Shown here in pieces: positions 43,231-52,706 of a DNA stretch of 64,000 nt. Source of the DNA: Mogibacterium sp. (GTDB taxonomy: Bacteria; Bacillota; Clostridia; Peptostreptococcales; Anaerovoracaceae); assembly GCA_017431175.1 (NCBI GenBank), contig JAFRLN010000034.1, positions 14,030 through 78,029 on the forward strand, written 5' to 3'. Below the pieces are notes generated by a model. The model had not been told where the DNA came from. It worked only from the letters and a program-made list of their open reading frames with translations, and searched no databases. Position numbers and translations under genes: made by a program. Each line of letters starts with the position of its first letter. Position 1 is the stretch's first letter.

Positions 43231-44655
43231 CTAGAAGTTGAAGTAAATGAACGGATTGTAGCTGCCTTTGACGAGGAAAGAGATCGACGCTAAGAAAAGC
43301 GCGCCAAGGCAGGCGGCGTACAGAAGATCCGTGACGGCAGTCGGTCTGATCTTTTTAGCTACCCATGGGGCGAACGGAGTAGAGAACAGTATGCCGGCCG
43401 CGAGATAGGAGATGTTCTGTCTCGCGTACTCGATAAAACTGCTGTCGAATACCGGTCCGCCTCCCGCTCCGAAGCATGCTCCGATATAGTGTGCGGCCAT
43501 CGGCAGATCATCTGCCCTGAACAGGATCCAGCCCATTACAACGAAGAACATGGTGTATATATATTTGAGGACATCCGCGCCTCTTCCTTTAAGATCATTG
43601 AATCCGGAGAACCTCTCGAACACGAGCAGGACAAAATACATCAGCCCCCACAGGATGAATGTCCAGTTGGCCCCATGCCATACACCCGTGCACAGCCATA
43701 CGACGAACAGATTGAATATGTGGCGCGCACGTGTCCTGACCCGGCTGCCTCCGAGCGGAATGTATACATAGTCTCTGAACCATGTGCCCAGAGACATGTG
43801 CCATCTGCGCCAGAATTCAGTCACCGATCTTGAGATATACGGATAATTGAAGTTCTCCAGGAAATGGAACCCGAACATCCTGCCGAGTCCGATGGCCATA
43901 TCGGAATACCCGGAGAAGTCATAGAAGATCTGAAGTGTATAAGCAATCGCTCCGAGCCACGCCATCCCCACAGAGAGTCCGCCCTGACCGGCGATCTCGT
44001 ACGCTTTGTCGGCAACCAGAGCCACATTGTTCGCGATGAGGATCTTCTTGCAGAAGCCGATAATGAACCGCTTGATCCCTTCACAGAAATCATCCATTGT
44101 CTCGGTGCGGTTGTGGATCTGATCCGCTATCGTCTCGTATCTGACGATAGGACCCGCGATCAGCTGCGGGAAGAATGAAATATACAGTCCTACATTGAGT
44201 ATGTGCCGCTGGGCTTCGCCGCTTCCTCTGTATACATCGACGACATAGGATATCGCCTGGAACGTGAAGAAAGAGATCCCGATCGGCAGCGCGATCTCCG
44301 GGACCTTGAGCCCAGCCCCGAACGCGGAATTGATATTGCTGACGGTAAAATTCAGATATTTGAAGATGAATATGATCAGAAGATTGAAAAATATATCGAT
44401 GCCGAGTATGACTCTCGCCTTCCTGTCACTGCCGGCGGACCGCGCCGAAGATACGAGAAGTCCCGCCGCCCAGTTGATCGCGATGGACAGCATCATTACC
44501 AGGACGAATTTCGGCTCTCCCCAGGCATAAAAAAACAGGCTCGCCAGACACAGAAAGACATTCTGCAGCAGTCTGGACCATCTGAGGAGCCCATAATAGA
44601 TCAGTATTACAGCCGGCAAAAATGCAAACAGAAAAGTGTTGCTCGAAAATAACAT
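43231..44655 (-). CDS. Membrane-bound O-acyltransferase (MBOAT, AlgI-like)
   Basis: The track ORF starts at 44682. The ATG at 44655 (GGGAG RBS) gives MLFSSNTFLFAFLP..., an AlgI-type start. ISFFTFQAISYVVDVYRG, FFPQLIAGPIVRY, FWRRWHMSLGTWFRDYVYIPLGG, GVWHGANW. Confidence 0.85.
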   Translation of the reverse strand: MLFSSNTFLFAFLPAVILIYYGLLRWSRLLQNVFLCLASLFFYAWGEPKFVLVMMLSIAINWAAGLLVSSARSAGSDRKARVILGIDIFFNLLIIFIFKYLNFTVSNINSAFGAGLKVPEIALPIGISFFTFQAISYVVDVYRGSGEAQRHILNVGLYISFFPQLIAGPIVRYETIADQIHNRTETMDDFCEGIKRFIIGFCKKILIANNVALVADKAYEIAGQGGLSVGMAWLGAIAYTLQIFYDFSGYSDMAIGLGRMFGFHFLENFNYPYISRSVTEFWRRWHMSLGTWFRDYVYIPLGGSRVRTRARHIFNLFVVWLCTGVWHGANWTFILWGLMYFVLLVFERFSGFNDLKGRGADVLKYIYTMFFVVMGWILFRADDLPMAAHYIGACFGAGGGPVFDSSFIEYARQNISYLAAGILFSTPFAPWVAKKIRPTAVTDLLYAACLGALFLASISFLVKGSYNPFIYFNF

Positions 44656-44711
44656 CCCAGTCTCCCGGTTAAGGCCGATCACGAAAATTGTCCGATAGTT
44701 TAATCTGCAAC

Positions 44712-44720
44712 ATTATAGCA
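44712..44720 (-). promoter_or_regulatory. Extended -10 element TGCTATAAT for the MBOAT operon
   Basis: Read on the minus strand, 57 nt upstream of the ATG at 44655. Confidence 0.4.
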
Positions 44721-44727
44721 TAGCTAT

Positions 44728-44735
44728 TGTATAAT
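44728..44735 (+). promoter_or_regulatory. Extended -10 element TGTATAAT for the 44798 gene
   Basis: Read on the plus strand, 8 bp from the opposing -10 element. Confidence 0.35.
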
Positions 44736-44797
44736 TGCTTGTGCTTTTGATAAAATGTGTAAGTTAGCAGCTGCTCGCGCAGGCAGCGCAAAGCGGC

Positions 44798-45574
44798 ATG
44801 AATGATCTGCAGCAGGTGATAATGGACAAGACCTCGTTAGAAAAATTCAATATAATCAGTAAGCTTGACAATGTTCCCAGGCTCAGCCAGCCCAGACTGT
44901 TCGGGAAGAGGCTTAAGAGAAAAGGGCTCCTGATCATAATCTGGCATGAGTTCCTTGTGGGAGTGATCCTGTTCATACTTCTCCTGCATTCAATTTCCCT
45001 TAATGCCACGGACAAGATCAATTACGCGGACGAGTCATCTGAGGATCAGATCAGCTGTGCCGACGGAGCACTGATCGTCAACGATGTGACGGTCCTGGTC
45101 CCGACGGACGGCAACGTGAAATACAACATCGCCTACTCCTGGGGCAAGGACGACAGAAAGTACCCGACGATACCGCGATCCATCACGGCGTCTTACCGGG
45201 ATGATGACGACAATATCCTGTACGACCTGACTCTCTACAAGGATTCCTTCACCCCGGCAGACAAGCTCAAGCCCGGTCAGAACGTTTCGACCTGGTTCAG
45301 GAGCTGGATTACCGGAGATGAGGGAAAAGTCAAACGTGAACAGAAAGATGTCGGCAATATTCACGGATTCCTGATATCCACTACAGGCAGCAGTGATGAA
45401 GGAGAAGGTTCGATATATGAAAGTTCCACTTATTACTTCGCTGTACGCACTCCGGATGGCATAACAGTATATATCCTCGAGGGCAATCTCTACGACAGAG
45501 AATCACAGAAAGCGATGCAGGCAGCAATGAAGTCTGCAATGGAATCTATCTCAATAAAGGAGCAGGCGGCCTAA
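44798..45574 (+). CDS. Hypothetical single-pass membrane protein with extracytoplasmic domain
   Basis: 258 aa. TM LLIIIWHEFLVGVILFILLL. No recognisable motif. Weak RBS, so the start is uncertain. Confidence 0.45.
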   Translation: MNDLQQVIMDKTSLEKFNIISKLDNVPRLSQPRLFGKRLKRKGLLIIIWHEFLVGVILFILLLHSISLNATDKINYADESSEDQISCADGALIVNDVTVLVPTDGNVKYNIAYSWGKDDRKYPTIPRSITASYRDDDDNILYDLTLYKDSFTPADKLKPGQNVSTWFRSWITGDEGKVKREQKDVGNIHGFLISTTGSSDEGEGSIYESSTYYFAVRTPDGITVYILEGNLYDRESQKAMQAAMKSAMESISIKEQAA

Positions 45575-45592
45575 GCCGCCTGCTATTTTATT
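45562..45592. terminator. Bidirectional rho-independent terminator
   Basis: GCAGGCGGC-CTAA-GCCGCCTGC with the stop codon in the loop, followed by TATTTTATT. Confidence 0.75.
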
Positions 45593-45665
45593 ATGATATT
45601 TTATATGATATTACGATTCAGTCAGATTTCTTCACCTTCTTACGTTTTCGTATCCGGTATTCATT

Positions 45666-47387
45666 CTAGTATCTGTATCTCATAACATAGTTTCTGCTGT
45701 CATCTCTTCCGCACCAGCGCAGATAACTTTCCGCTCCGCTTCTGACCGCGATGGAGTCATGGCTCCAGCCGAGTCCTTCCGCGTCTACGTAAGTGTCGCC
45801 TCCCGCGAACATCCATACATGGCCGTTGCCGTTATCGCTTGACCAGTCGACGATGACATCTCCAGGCTGCAGGTCCTTGGTGTGCAGCTCAGAGCATTTT
45901 CCTATCTTCATCCAGCAGGAGAAGACGTTGAAGTTGTCATTATTGGAGTACATCGTCATCTTGCCGCGCTGACACTTGTACAGGATCTCCGGATCTCCCG
46001 CGCCGTGAGCGTAAGCCGCGCCGAGGAATGTCAGGCATACGTATGTCTTCTCATATCCCTTTGGCTTGGTGCGCTTGTTGGTACCGCAGAAGTAACATCC
46101 TACTTCGCTTGCGGCAGGCTTAGCGCCGTATGAGAAGGAGTTGTCTGCTGCTATCCTCTTAGCCCAGTTGACCGCCAGCTGAGGCTTGTTGCTCGGCCTT
46201 ACTGTGAATGCCTGGTTGAGCGCGAGGGTAACGCCGCTTGCGGTATGTACATATATCCTGTAACGGTATGTTCCGCCAGGCAGCAGGTTGACCTTGAGTT
46301 TAGGCGCCGCCCATTTCAGATAGAAGGACTTCGCGTTGACAGACTTATTGTCATATTTGTATGCGGTCCACTTGTTGGTCGGGCCGAATACGATGCCGAC
46401 TTCGACACGCTTGATCACTTCCGTTGAATCTATCCTGCCGGAAGCTGTGAAGGTTTTACCGACACTGCAGTTCGCCGGTTTGTTTACTCCGACGAGAGTG
46501 ATCTTGCTGTTGACCTTCTGAGCTGTCTTAGCAGAAGTATCATTGGTCATCTGCTCTTTTTCTGTCTGGGTACCGGTTCCGACCGGGGTCTTGACTCCGC
46601 CGCTCTTCGCTGATGAGCCGCCGGTGTTTTTAGGCGCACTCTTCGCCGCAACAGTGAATGTGTGGTTGAGTACGATGTGTACTTTGCCGTCTGCTGTATG
46701 GACATAGACCCTGTAGCAATAGGTACCGGCCTTAAGCGCGCTGAACTTGATCTTGCTGTCTGCCTTGGACAGATCGAAAGTCTTGGAGTTGACACTCTGG
46801 TTGTCATACTTGTATGAAGTCCAGCCGCCGCCTTTTACAGCAATACCTGCTTCTACTCTCTTGATCACGGAAGACGAAGTCAGTTTGCCCTTGACAGTGA
46901 ATTTCTGTCCGGCGATAAGTCCTTTCGGAAGCGCGTGACCGCTTATCGTGACCCCTGTTGTCGTTTTAACAGTGGATGTTGCTTTTGCGACAGTGAACTG
47001 CTGATTAAGAACGGTATGGACCTTGCCGTCACTTGTGTGAACATATATCCTGTACTTATAGGAACCGTGGTTCAGTTTCCCGAACGAAAGCTTGCTGTCT
47101 GCTTTGCTCAGATCGAAGGTCTTGGCATTGACGTTCGCGTTGTCATACTTGTACGCGGTCCATTTGTTATACGCATTTACAATGCCGACCTCTATCCGGT
47201 CGATCTTAACGGTTGAGCTTATCTTGCCTCGTATGATAAAGCTCTGTCCTGCTTTGAGCGCCGTAGGCGCCGTGTAACCCGATATGGTTACTTTGCTGCC
47301 TGCCGCGTACGTAAACGCGGTCGATGCCAGCATCGCCGTGATGGTCAGAAGCAAGACAAATAATCGTCTCTTTCCTGATTTAAACAT
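45666..47387 (-). CDS. Secreted protein: three ~103-aa tandem beta-rich repeats + C-terminal Cys-rich NlpC/P60- or CHAP-like domain (paralogue of the 40513..41925 C-terminus)
   Basis: The track ORF starts at 47447. The ATG at 47387 with AAGGAG RBS gives the signal peptide MFKSGKRRLFVLLLTITAMLASTAFTYAAG. Repeats lie at about 46989-47297, 46650-46955 and 46200-46508. C-terminal GCYFCGTN, GYEKTYVCLTF, PGDVIVDW, NGHVWMFAGGDTYVDAEG, NYVMRYRY. Confidence 0.75.
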   Translation of the reverse strand: MFKSGKRRLFVLLLTITAMLASTAFTYAAGSKVTISGYTAPTALKAGQSFIIRGKISSTVKIDRIEVGIVNAYNKWTAYKYDNANVNAKTFDLSKADSKLSFGKLNHGSYKYRIYVHTSDGKVHTVLNQQFTVAKATSTVKTTTGVTISGHALPKGLIAGQKFTVKGKLTSSSVIKRVEAGIAVKGGGWTSYKYDNQSVNSKTFDLSKADSKIKFSALKAGTYCYRVYVHTADGKVHIVLNHTFTVAAKSAPKNTGGSSAKSGGVKTPVGTGTQTEKEQMTNDTSAKTAQKVNSKITLVGVNKPANCSVGKTFTASGRIDSTEVIKRVEVGIVFGPTNKWTAYKYDNKSVNAKSFYLKWAAPKLKVNLLPGGTYRYRIYVHTASGVTLALNQAFTVRPSNKPQLAVNWAKRIAADNSFSYGAKPAASEVGCYFCGTNKRTKPKGYEKTYVCLTFLGAAYAHGAGDPEILYKCQRGKMTMYSNNDNFNVFSCWMKIGKCSELHTKDLQPGDVIVDWSSDNGNGHVWMFAGGDTYVDAEGLGWSHDSIAVRSGAESYLRWCGRDDSRNYVMRYRY

Positions 47388-47576
47388 AAAACTGCTCCTT
47401 ATCTCATGAAAACTAAAACATGTGATGTTAAACAGTTTAGCTTCCACGACAAGAGCAGTTCAACGTTTCTTATCATTCATATATCTTTAATTCTGTTAGT
47501 GAAGTACGCTTTACGGTAAAGTCTTCTATACGTTGAAATTTCAAGGCTTTCAGGCTCCGTCCGTTCAACGGGATCT

Positions 47577-48827
47577 TCACCTTTGGATGATCCTTGCCAG
47601 CACTCTTTCGGACGCGTGTCCGTCGTCTTTCGGATTGTATTTCGCGCAGAATTCTTCGTATTTTTCATCCGGCTGCCACTCATCGCACGCTCTGATCTCA
47701 CGGATCAGTGCATCTTCGTCTCTGACGATCGGACCCGGCAGCTCGTCAAGAGAGATATAGAATCCTCTCAGCTCGCCCGCGTATTCCTCCAGATCGTACA
47801 TATAGAAGATCTCCGGTTTTCTCAGGTTGGCATAATCGAAGAATACGCTGGAATAGTCTGTGATGAGTATGTCAGCGGCAATGTAGAGATCATTGATGTC
47901 GCTGTAAGACGACACGTCTCTGACAAAGCCTTCGTATCTGTCAAAATCAAAACTGTTCGCTACGAGATAGTGAGCGCGGAACAGGATGACGTACTCCTCT
48001 CCGAGTTCATCCCTGAGCCTGTCAAAATCGACTTCGGTTTTGTACGTATATCCCTCGCCGCTGGTGTGCTGATTGTCTCTCCAGGTCGGCGCGTAGAGTA
48101 TGACTTTCTTATCGTCTACCCCGAGGCTTTTTCTTATCTCCGCCCTTTCCTCCGGACCGGCGGTTATCAGGCGGTCATTGCGCGGATATCCTTCTTCAAT
48201 GATCTTGCCCGTCTGTCCGGTCCTGACAAGATCCCACGCCGTGGAGAACTTCTCAGTCGCGAAAGGTGAAGGTGACAGCAGATAAGAGAACTTAGCCGCG
48301 TCAGTCCTGTACTTGCTCCTGATCTCCTCGATCGAATTCATGGAGTTGTCGCTGCTTTCAAGGTCATAACCGAGTCTCTTGAGCGGAGTTCCGTGCCAGC
48401 ACTGTACGTATACCTGTCCTCTGCGCGGATGCTGGTGATCGAGCATCCTGTAATTGGAGATCCAGTACTTCGCCTTGCGGAGAGCTTTGTTGTCCGCCCT
48501 TGTGCGGAACTTCACGATCTCCGTTCTGTCGTTTGTCAGGAAGCTGTATTTTTCAGGCTCCTTAAAACTCCATACGAACCGGAAGTCGCTGTATTCCGGC
48601 GCGCTCAGCATATATTCGTACATAGCCTTCGGCGAATCACTGTATCCGCGGCCGGAAAATGTCTGGAAATACACCAGTCTGTCATCGATCCGGGCAAAAG
48701 GTTCGTCCATGACCATGCGCGCGTGGTACAGCGCGTCTCTTCCTGTCCTGGCCGCTACGCGGAAAGGTTTGTTCTTCTTGGCCAGGTCGAATATTTTCTT
48801 TTTGACTTTCTTTGCGATCTTATTCAC
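47577..48827 (-). CDS. CDP-glycerol glycerophosphotransferase (TagF/TarF family)
   Basis: 416 aa. QCWHGTPLKRLG, ILYAPTWRDN, ILFRAHYL, ILITDYSSVFFDYANLRKPEIFYMYD. Confidence 0.85.
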   Translation of the reverse strand: MNKIAKKVKKKIFDLAKKNKPFRVAARTGRDALYHARMVMDEPFARIDDRLVYFQTFSGRGYSDSPKAMYEYMLSAPEYSDFRFVWSFKEPEKYSFLTNDRTEIVKFRTRADNKALRKAKYWISNYRMLDHQHPRRGQVYVQCWHGTPLKRLGYDLESSDNSMNSIEEIRSKYRTDAAKFSYLLSPSPFATEKFSTAWDLVRTGQTGKIIEEGYPRNDRLITAGPEERAEIRKSLGVDDKKVILYAPTWRDNQHTSGEGYTYKTEVDFDRLRDELGEEYVILFRAHYLVANSFDFDRYEGFVRDVSSYSDINDLYIAADILITDYSSVFFDYANLRKPEIFYMYDLEEYAGELRGFYISLDELPGPIVRDEDALIREIRACDEWQPDEKYEEFCAKYNPKDDGHASERVLARIIQR

Positions 48828-48840
48828 GTCTGCCTGCCTG

Positions 48841-49923
48841 TTATCTGATCTGCGACTGGATGAAATCAGCCAGCTGTTCTGTGCAGTGTCCCGGTTCTAC
48901 TTCTATATACTTGTCTCTGAAAGCCTTCAGGGCTTCCATATCATACGGCTTCTCCATAGCCGCCGCGAGTTCTCCGGCATCTCTGAACACATAGTCCGCG
49001 ATCGCTTCTTCCCCGAACTTCATGTTGAGCCCGGTAGTCTCGCTGTACTGGTCGATATCATAAGTGTAGAGGTAAAGCGGCTTGTCCGCGATGGTTGCCT
49101 CTACCACAAGAGATGAATAATCACTGATGACCGCGTCCGCGCATGCCATAAGATCATAGGTCGAGATATTATCCTCATATATGACATGGTCTGCCTGCGG
49201 CAGTTCTCCCTCTGCCTTGTACAGAGGATGCAGTCTTACGATAAGCTCATATTTCTCAGGATCGAGCGCTTCAACGAGGCTCTTCACATCAGGCGTGCTT
49301 CCCCTGCGGAAAGTCGGCGCGTACAGCACAACGGTCTTTTCGCTGGCCGCAAGATGCGGGTAGAGAGCATACACAGCGCCCATCGCTCTGTATCTTCTGT
49401 CGCCCTTCGTTACATCCAGGATGTAGTCCGCTCTCGGAAGGCCGAGCTTGACGACTTTGCCCGGATCGGTCCTGAACGCTTCTGCAAAGTGAGCCGCTGT
49501 AGCGTCGCTCGGAGCGATCACGTAGTCATAACCCTTGTGCATCCTCATGATGCGGGCCGTTCTCTCCCGCGTGCCGTCTTCACTTCCGACTGTCTGCCAG
49601 CCGAACTTCTTGACAGCGCTGAGCGCGTGCCACATCTGGATCACTTTGGTCCTGCCTGTATGCGGGAGCATGCTTACCGGAATGATGTAAGTGTCGACAA
49701 CTACCACATCTGCCCATACCATGGCTGCTGCCTGGCTGAACATGTGTCCTGCGTAGCTCAGCGACTCCTCTCTTGTCTTGTCCTTGGTAAGCAGTCTGGT
49801 CAGCGTGCGGACTTCGACCCCGCGCTTCTGAAGCTCTTCCTCGAGCATCACGATATCCAGACTCTTGCTGTTGCTCTCGCGGCTTATTATCGCGACTTTG
49901 CCTTTTCTCTTGTTCTTACTCAA
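48841..49923 (-). CDS. CDP-glycerol glycerophosphotransferase (TagB-like, short form)
   Basis: 360 aa. IQMWHALSAVKKFG, VVLYAPTFRRG, VRLHPL, AVISDYSSLVVEATIADKPLYLYTYD. Confidence 0.8.
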   Translation of the reverse strand: MSKNKRKGKVAIISRESNSKSLDIVMLEEELQKRGVEVRTLTRLLTKDKTREESLSYAGHMFSQAAAMVWADVVVVDTYIIPVSMLPHTGRTKVIQMWHALSAVKKFGWQTVGSEDGTRERTARIMRMHKGYDYVIAPSDATAAHFAEAFRTDPGKVVKLGLPRADYILDVTKGDRRYRAMGAVYALYPHLAASEKTVVLYAPTFRRGSTPDVKSLVEALDPEKYELIVRLHPLYKAEGELPQADHVIYEDNISTYDLMACADAVISDYSSLVVEATIADKPLYLYTYDIDQYSETTGLNMKFGEEAIADYVFRDAGELAAAMEKPYDMEALKAFRDKYIEVEPGHCTEQLADFIQSQIR

Positions 49924-49940
49924 TTCTGTTACCCTTCTGT

Positions 49941-50246
49941 TTACGGCTGATCCTGTGATTCAGATTCCGGATTCGTATCATCTTCCGGCGGAGTATCCGG
50001 CTCATCTTCAGGCGGTGTATCCGGAGGTGTGTCCTGCTTCTCAACTATATCCGGCATTCTGATCAGATCTTCGTCATTATCTGTTATTTCCAGTTCTGTT
50101 TTGGCGGTTGTAATATCAAGATCATAATTCTTGCTTATGAGCAGCAACTTCAGATACAGGTTCTTTTTCTTATTCTTATCCGAATTATCCTCGGCTATTT
50201 TCTTGGAGATCACAATGACCTGGACCCCAGCGTTCTCTTCAGCCAA
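49941..50246 (-). other. 101-codon ORF (TTG start) overlapping the 3' end of the upstream gene in another frame; likely a frameshifted continuation of it
   Basis: The frame is open upstream to about 50295. It reads ...AEENAGVQVIVISKK...TPPDTPPEDEPDTPPEDDTNPESESQDQP. No convincing RBS of its own. Confidence 0.4.
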
Positions 50247-51304
50247 GGAGTCCGCTTTTCCTTGCTCATATCGTCTTCGAACAAGACAATGTATTTCGGA
50301 TTCTCATCTTCGCCGACTGGATTTCCGATACAATCTGCAGCAAGGCTTTTGAGGGCATCATCATTTCCTAGAGGGCAATAGAACGGAATTGGTTTTGTGT
50401 CTTTTGCGATTAAATCTATTGCGGCGCTGAGAGTATCATTCCAGTACTTGAATCCATCCCAGTGCGCGTACCATGTCTGGTCAGATGTTACAGGCGCATC
50501 CGGTTTTATCTTATTTCCGCCTGTCGGTGCTGAAAACCATCCGAGGAATTCATATCCTTCACGGTCCACCTCAGGAAGCGTCCCGTAGCTGTCACCTTCC
50601 GGAACATTGACAGTTATGGTATCCAGTTCCTCTGCATTAGGATCAAACGTCACAGTGAAGGATGGCTTGTTTTTCTCTTTCCACTGGGCGAAGAGTGTGT
50701 GGTTCTTTGTTACTCTGACGACAGTTTGGGAACCGACTTTCTTGCCCTTGGACGTGTACCATCCGAGGAAGTCGTATCCCTCTCTTGTTGCTTCCGGAAG
50801 ATCACCGTATGCTTCACCGATCTCTACCGTAAGCGTCTTTACCTCGCATTTTCCGCCGTTCGGATCAAGCGTTACTACGATCTCCTGCGGCTCCGGATCG
50901 GATTCACCTTCATCGTCGTTATTCCTGCTGAGTGTGCCGCCACCGCCGCCTGCTCTTTTCTTCTTCGGCTTTTCACTCTGAGGGAGGATCTCCGGTTCTT
51001 CTTCCTCTTCTGCCGGATCGTAGTCCTCCAGCCTGCCGACATCGTAATCGTCATAGTCCTCTTCCGGTTCTTCAGGAGAACTGAAACCATTGAAGAAAGG
51101 TTTCTTCGCTTTATCCAGACCCAGTTCATCTCTTCTCATCTGATACTCAGCCGACATGAACACATCCTCGTCGTATACAACGGAGAGGACTTCATCATTG
51201 TTGCTCAGCCTGGTCCTGCAGCCGCACAAACCCAGCATCAGTATCAGAACTGACGCGATACAGCATATTCTTGATAAATATCTGCTGTTTTTTCTGCTCA
51301 TCAT
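50210..51304 (-). CDS. Lipoprotein with two Listeria-Bacteroides-type repeats (possibly truncated by a frameshift)
   Basis: 364 aa. The signal MMSRKNSRYLSRICCIASVLILMLGLCGC contains a lipobox-like LCGC. Repeats contain GYDFLGWYTSKGKKV and GYEFLGWFSAPTGGNKI. The start overlaps the upstream stop (ATGA). Confidence 0.7.
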   Translation of the reverse strand: MMSRKNSRYLSRICCIASVLILMLGLCGCRTRLSNNDEVLSVVYDEDVFMSAEYQMRRDELGLDKAKKPFFNGFSSPEEPEEDYDDYDVGRLEDYDPAEEEEEPEILPQSEKPKKKRAGGGGGTLSRNNDDEGESDPEPQEIVVTLDPNGGKCEVKTLTVEIGEAYGDLPEATREGYDFLGWYTSKGKKVGSQTVVRVTKNHTLFAQWKEKNKPSFTVTFDPNAEELDTITVNVPEGDSYGTLPEVDREGYEFLGWFSAPTGGNKIKPDAPVTSDQTWYAHWDGFKYWNDTLSAAIDLIAKDTKPIPFYCPLGNDDALKSLAADCIGNPVGEDENPKYIVLFEDDMSKEKRTPWLKRTLGSRSL

Positions 51305-52701
51305 AATGCGTATTTCAGTTTTGTCCGGACTTTGGCCATAAAGTCGGATCTCTGCTCTATCATTTCTACTGTATCATTCATAAACGTGGACATCTCTGTC
51401 CTGTTCTTCTCGGTCATTTTATGATCACTGTATGACGCTTCCTGCCACAGCGCGTACATATCTTCATATCTGTACGCGTACTCTCTCGACATCTCTTCTC
51501 TCAGTGATGGTATCAGGGAGGCAAACGGCTTGCCTGAAATATCTATGCCATATGCCTCAAGCCACCTGACGCAGTACGGGAACATAGCTGCTATCGCCGC
51601 ACCCGGATCGGCTGAATCGATGCCTTGCTTGTTGTCTTCAATTCTCTTCTTAAGCCTTCTCCAGTACAGGAACGCCGCGACTCCTAAAGCGGCAATGATC
51701 AGGAAGGTGACTGAAAGAGCTCTGAAAATTCTGCGTATCACAGTGTTTTCTGCAGCTTCCTTTTCTGCTTTCTCCTTCTCCATCTGATCCTGTTTCTGTA
51801 ACTCGCTGAGGTCGCTTGTGTCCTCTTCCGGGTTCTCGATATATGCCGACCTGAAAGCGAATCTGTCTCTGAGGTTCTCATCCATTCTGGAGATCCCGAT
51901 GCTCTCACCCGGATTGATCAGCACAACAGCGCCAAAGAGTATCACTACTGCAAGCATCAGCGGAAGTGTTGACAGCAGATTCCCTCTCGTAAAAGCAGTT
52001 ATGCATGCCAGGATCAGTACCCCGGTCCATATCCAGGAAGGGATCATCCCGTAGTAGGCGAAAGCGATCATCACAGCTGCCGCGGTAAACGCGCACATAC
52101 CGCGTCTGTAGTCGGCAGTCGGGATCGCGGAGATCAGTCCGGCGAGCCCTCCGAGCCAGAGTGCCCCCAGCCTGGTGCACATGACCGGCGAAGTGTTGGC
52201 GATCTCAGGAACCACGAACCTGTCATATATGTATGCCTGTGACTGTTCAGCCATATCGTAGAAGTAACCGGATATGAGTGCTATTCCTCCTCCTATCCGT
52301 GTACGCCATATGGCAATGGTTGCGATCAGTATCACCAGAACAACTCCGGCGATGATCCATCTGAGCTTGCCCGGCTTCATGGATTCAGCCATGGTGATCG
52401 CAAGATAAACCAGCACGCCGGAAGCGGCGAACGGGATCATCCCGCTCACATAGGCGGCAGCCAGGAAAACGCTTACGGCAGCGAGGACAACGGCCGCGCC
52501 CGAAAGGTTGAGCATAAGGTCCTTCTTCCATCCTGCCTCTGTCTCCTCTTCCGGATATTTCAGTATCGGCTCATCGTTTCTGACGTTGACCTCAAAGCTG
52601 TCCGCGGAAGGATCATACAGATCGAACGTGATCATACCCTCATCAGGCTCAGCAGCTTTTCTATTCTTTTTTGTCTCAGGCAACTTAAACTGTAATTTCA
52701 A
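51301..52701 (-). CDS. Polytopic membrane protein with C-terminal DUF4129-like cytoplasmic domain (third member of a MoxR/DUF58 triad; no transglutaminase core seen)
   Basis: 466 aa with about 8 TM segments. A coiled acidic/basic linker QKQDQMEKEKAEKEAAEN, a further TM, then ...CVRWLEAYGIDISGKPFASLIPSLREEMSREYAYRYEDMYALWQEASYSD. Confidence 0.5.
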   Translation of the reverse strand: MKLQFKLPETKKNRKAAEPDEGMITFDLYDPSADSFEVNVRNDEPILKYPEEETEAGWKKDLMLNLSGAAVVLAAVSVFLAAAYVSGMIPFAASGVLVYLAITMAESMKPGKLRWIIAGVVLVILIATIAIWRTRIGGGIALISGYFYDMAEQSQAYIYDRFVVPEIANTSPVMCTRLGALWLGGLAGLISAIPTADYRRGMCAFTAAAVMIAFAYYGMIPSWIWTGVLILACITAFTRGNLLSTLPLMLAVVILFGAVVLINPGESIGISRMDENLRDRFAFRSAYIENPEEDTSDLSELQKQDQMEKEKAEKEAAENTVIRRIFRALSVTFLIIAALGVAAFLYWRRLKKRIEDNKQGIDSADPGAAIAAMFPYCVRWLEAYGIDISGKPFASLIPSLREEMSREYAYRYEDMYALWQEASYSDHKMTEKNRTEMSTFMNDTVEMIEQRSDFMAKVRTKLKYAL

Positions 52702-52706
52702 TTACT

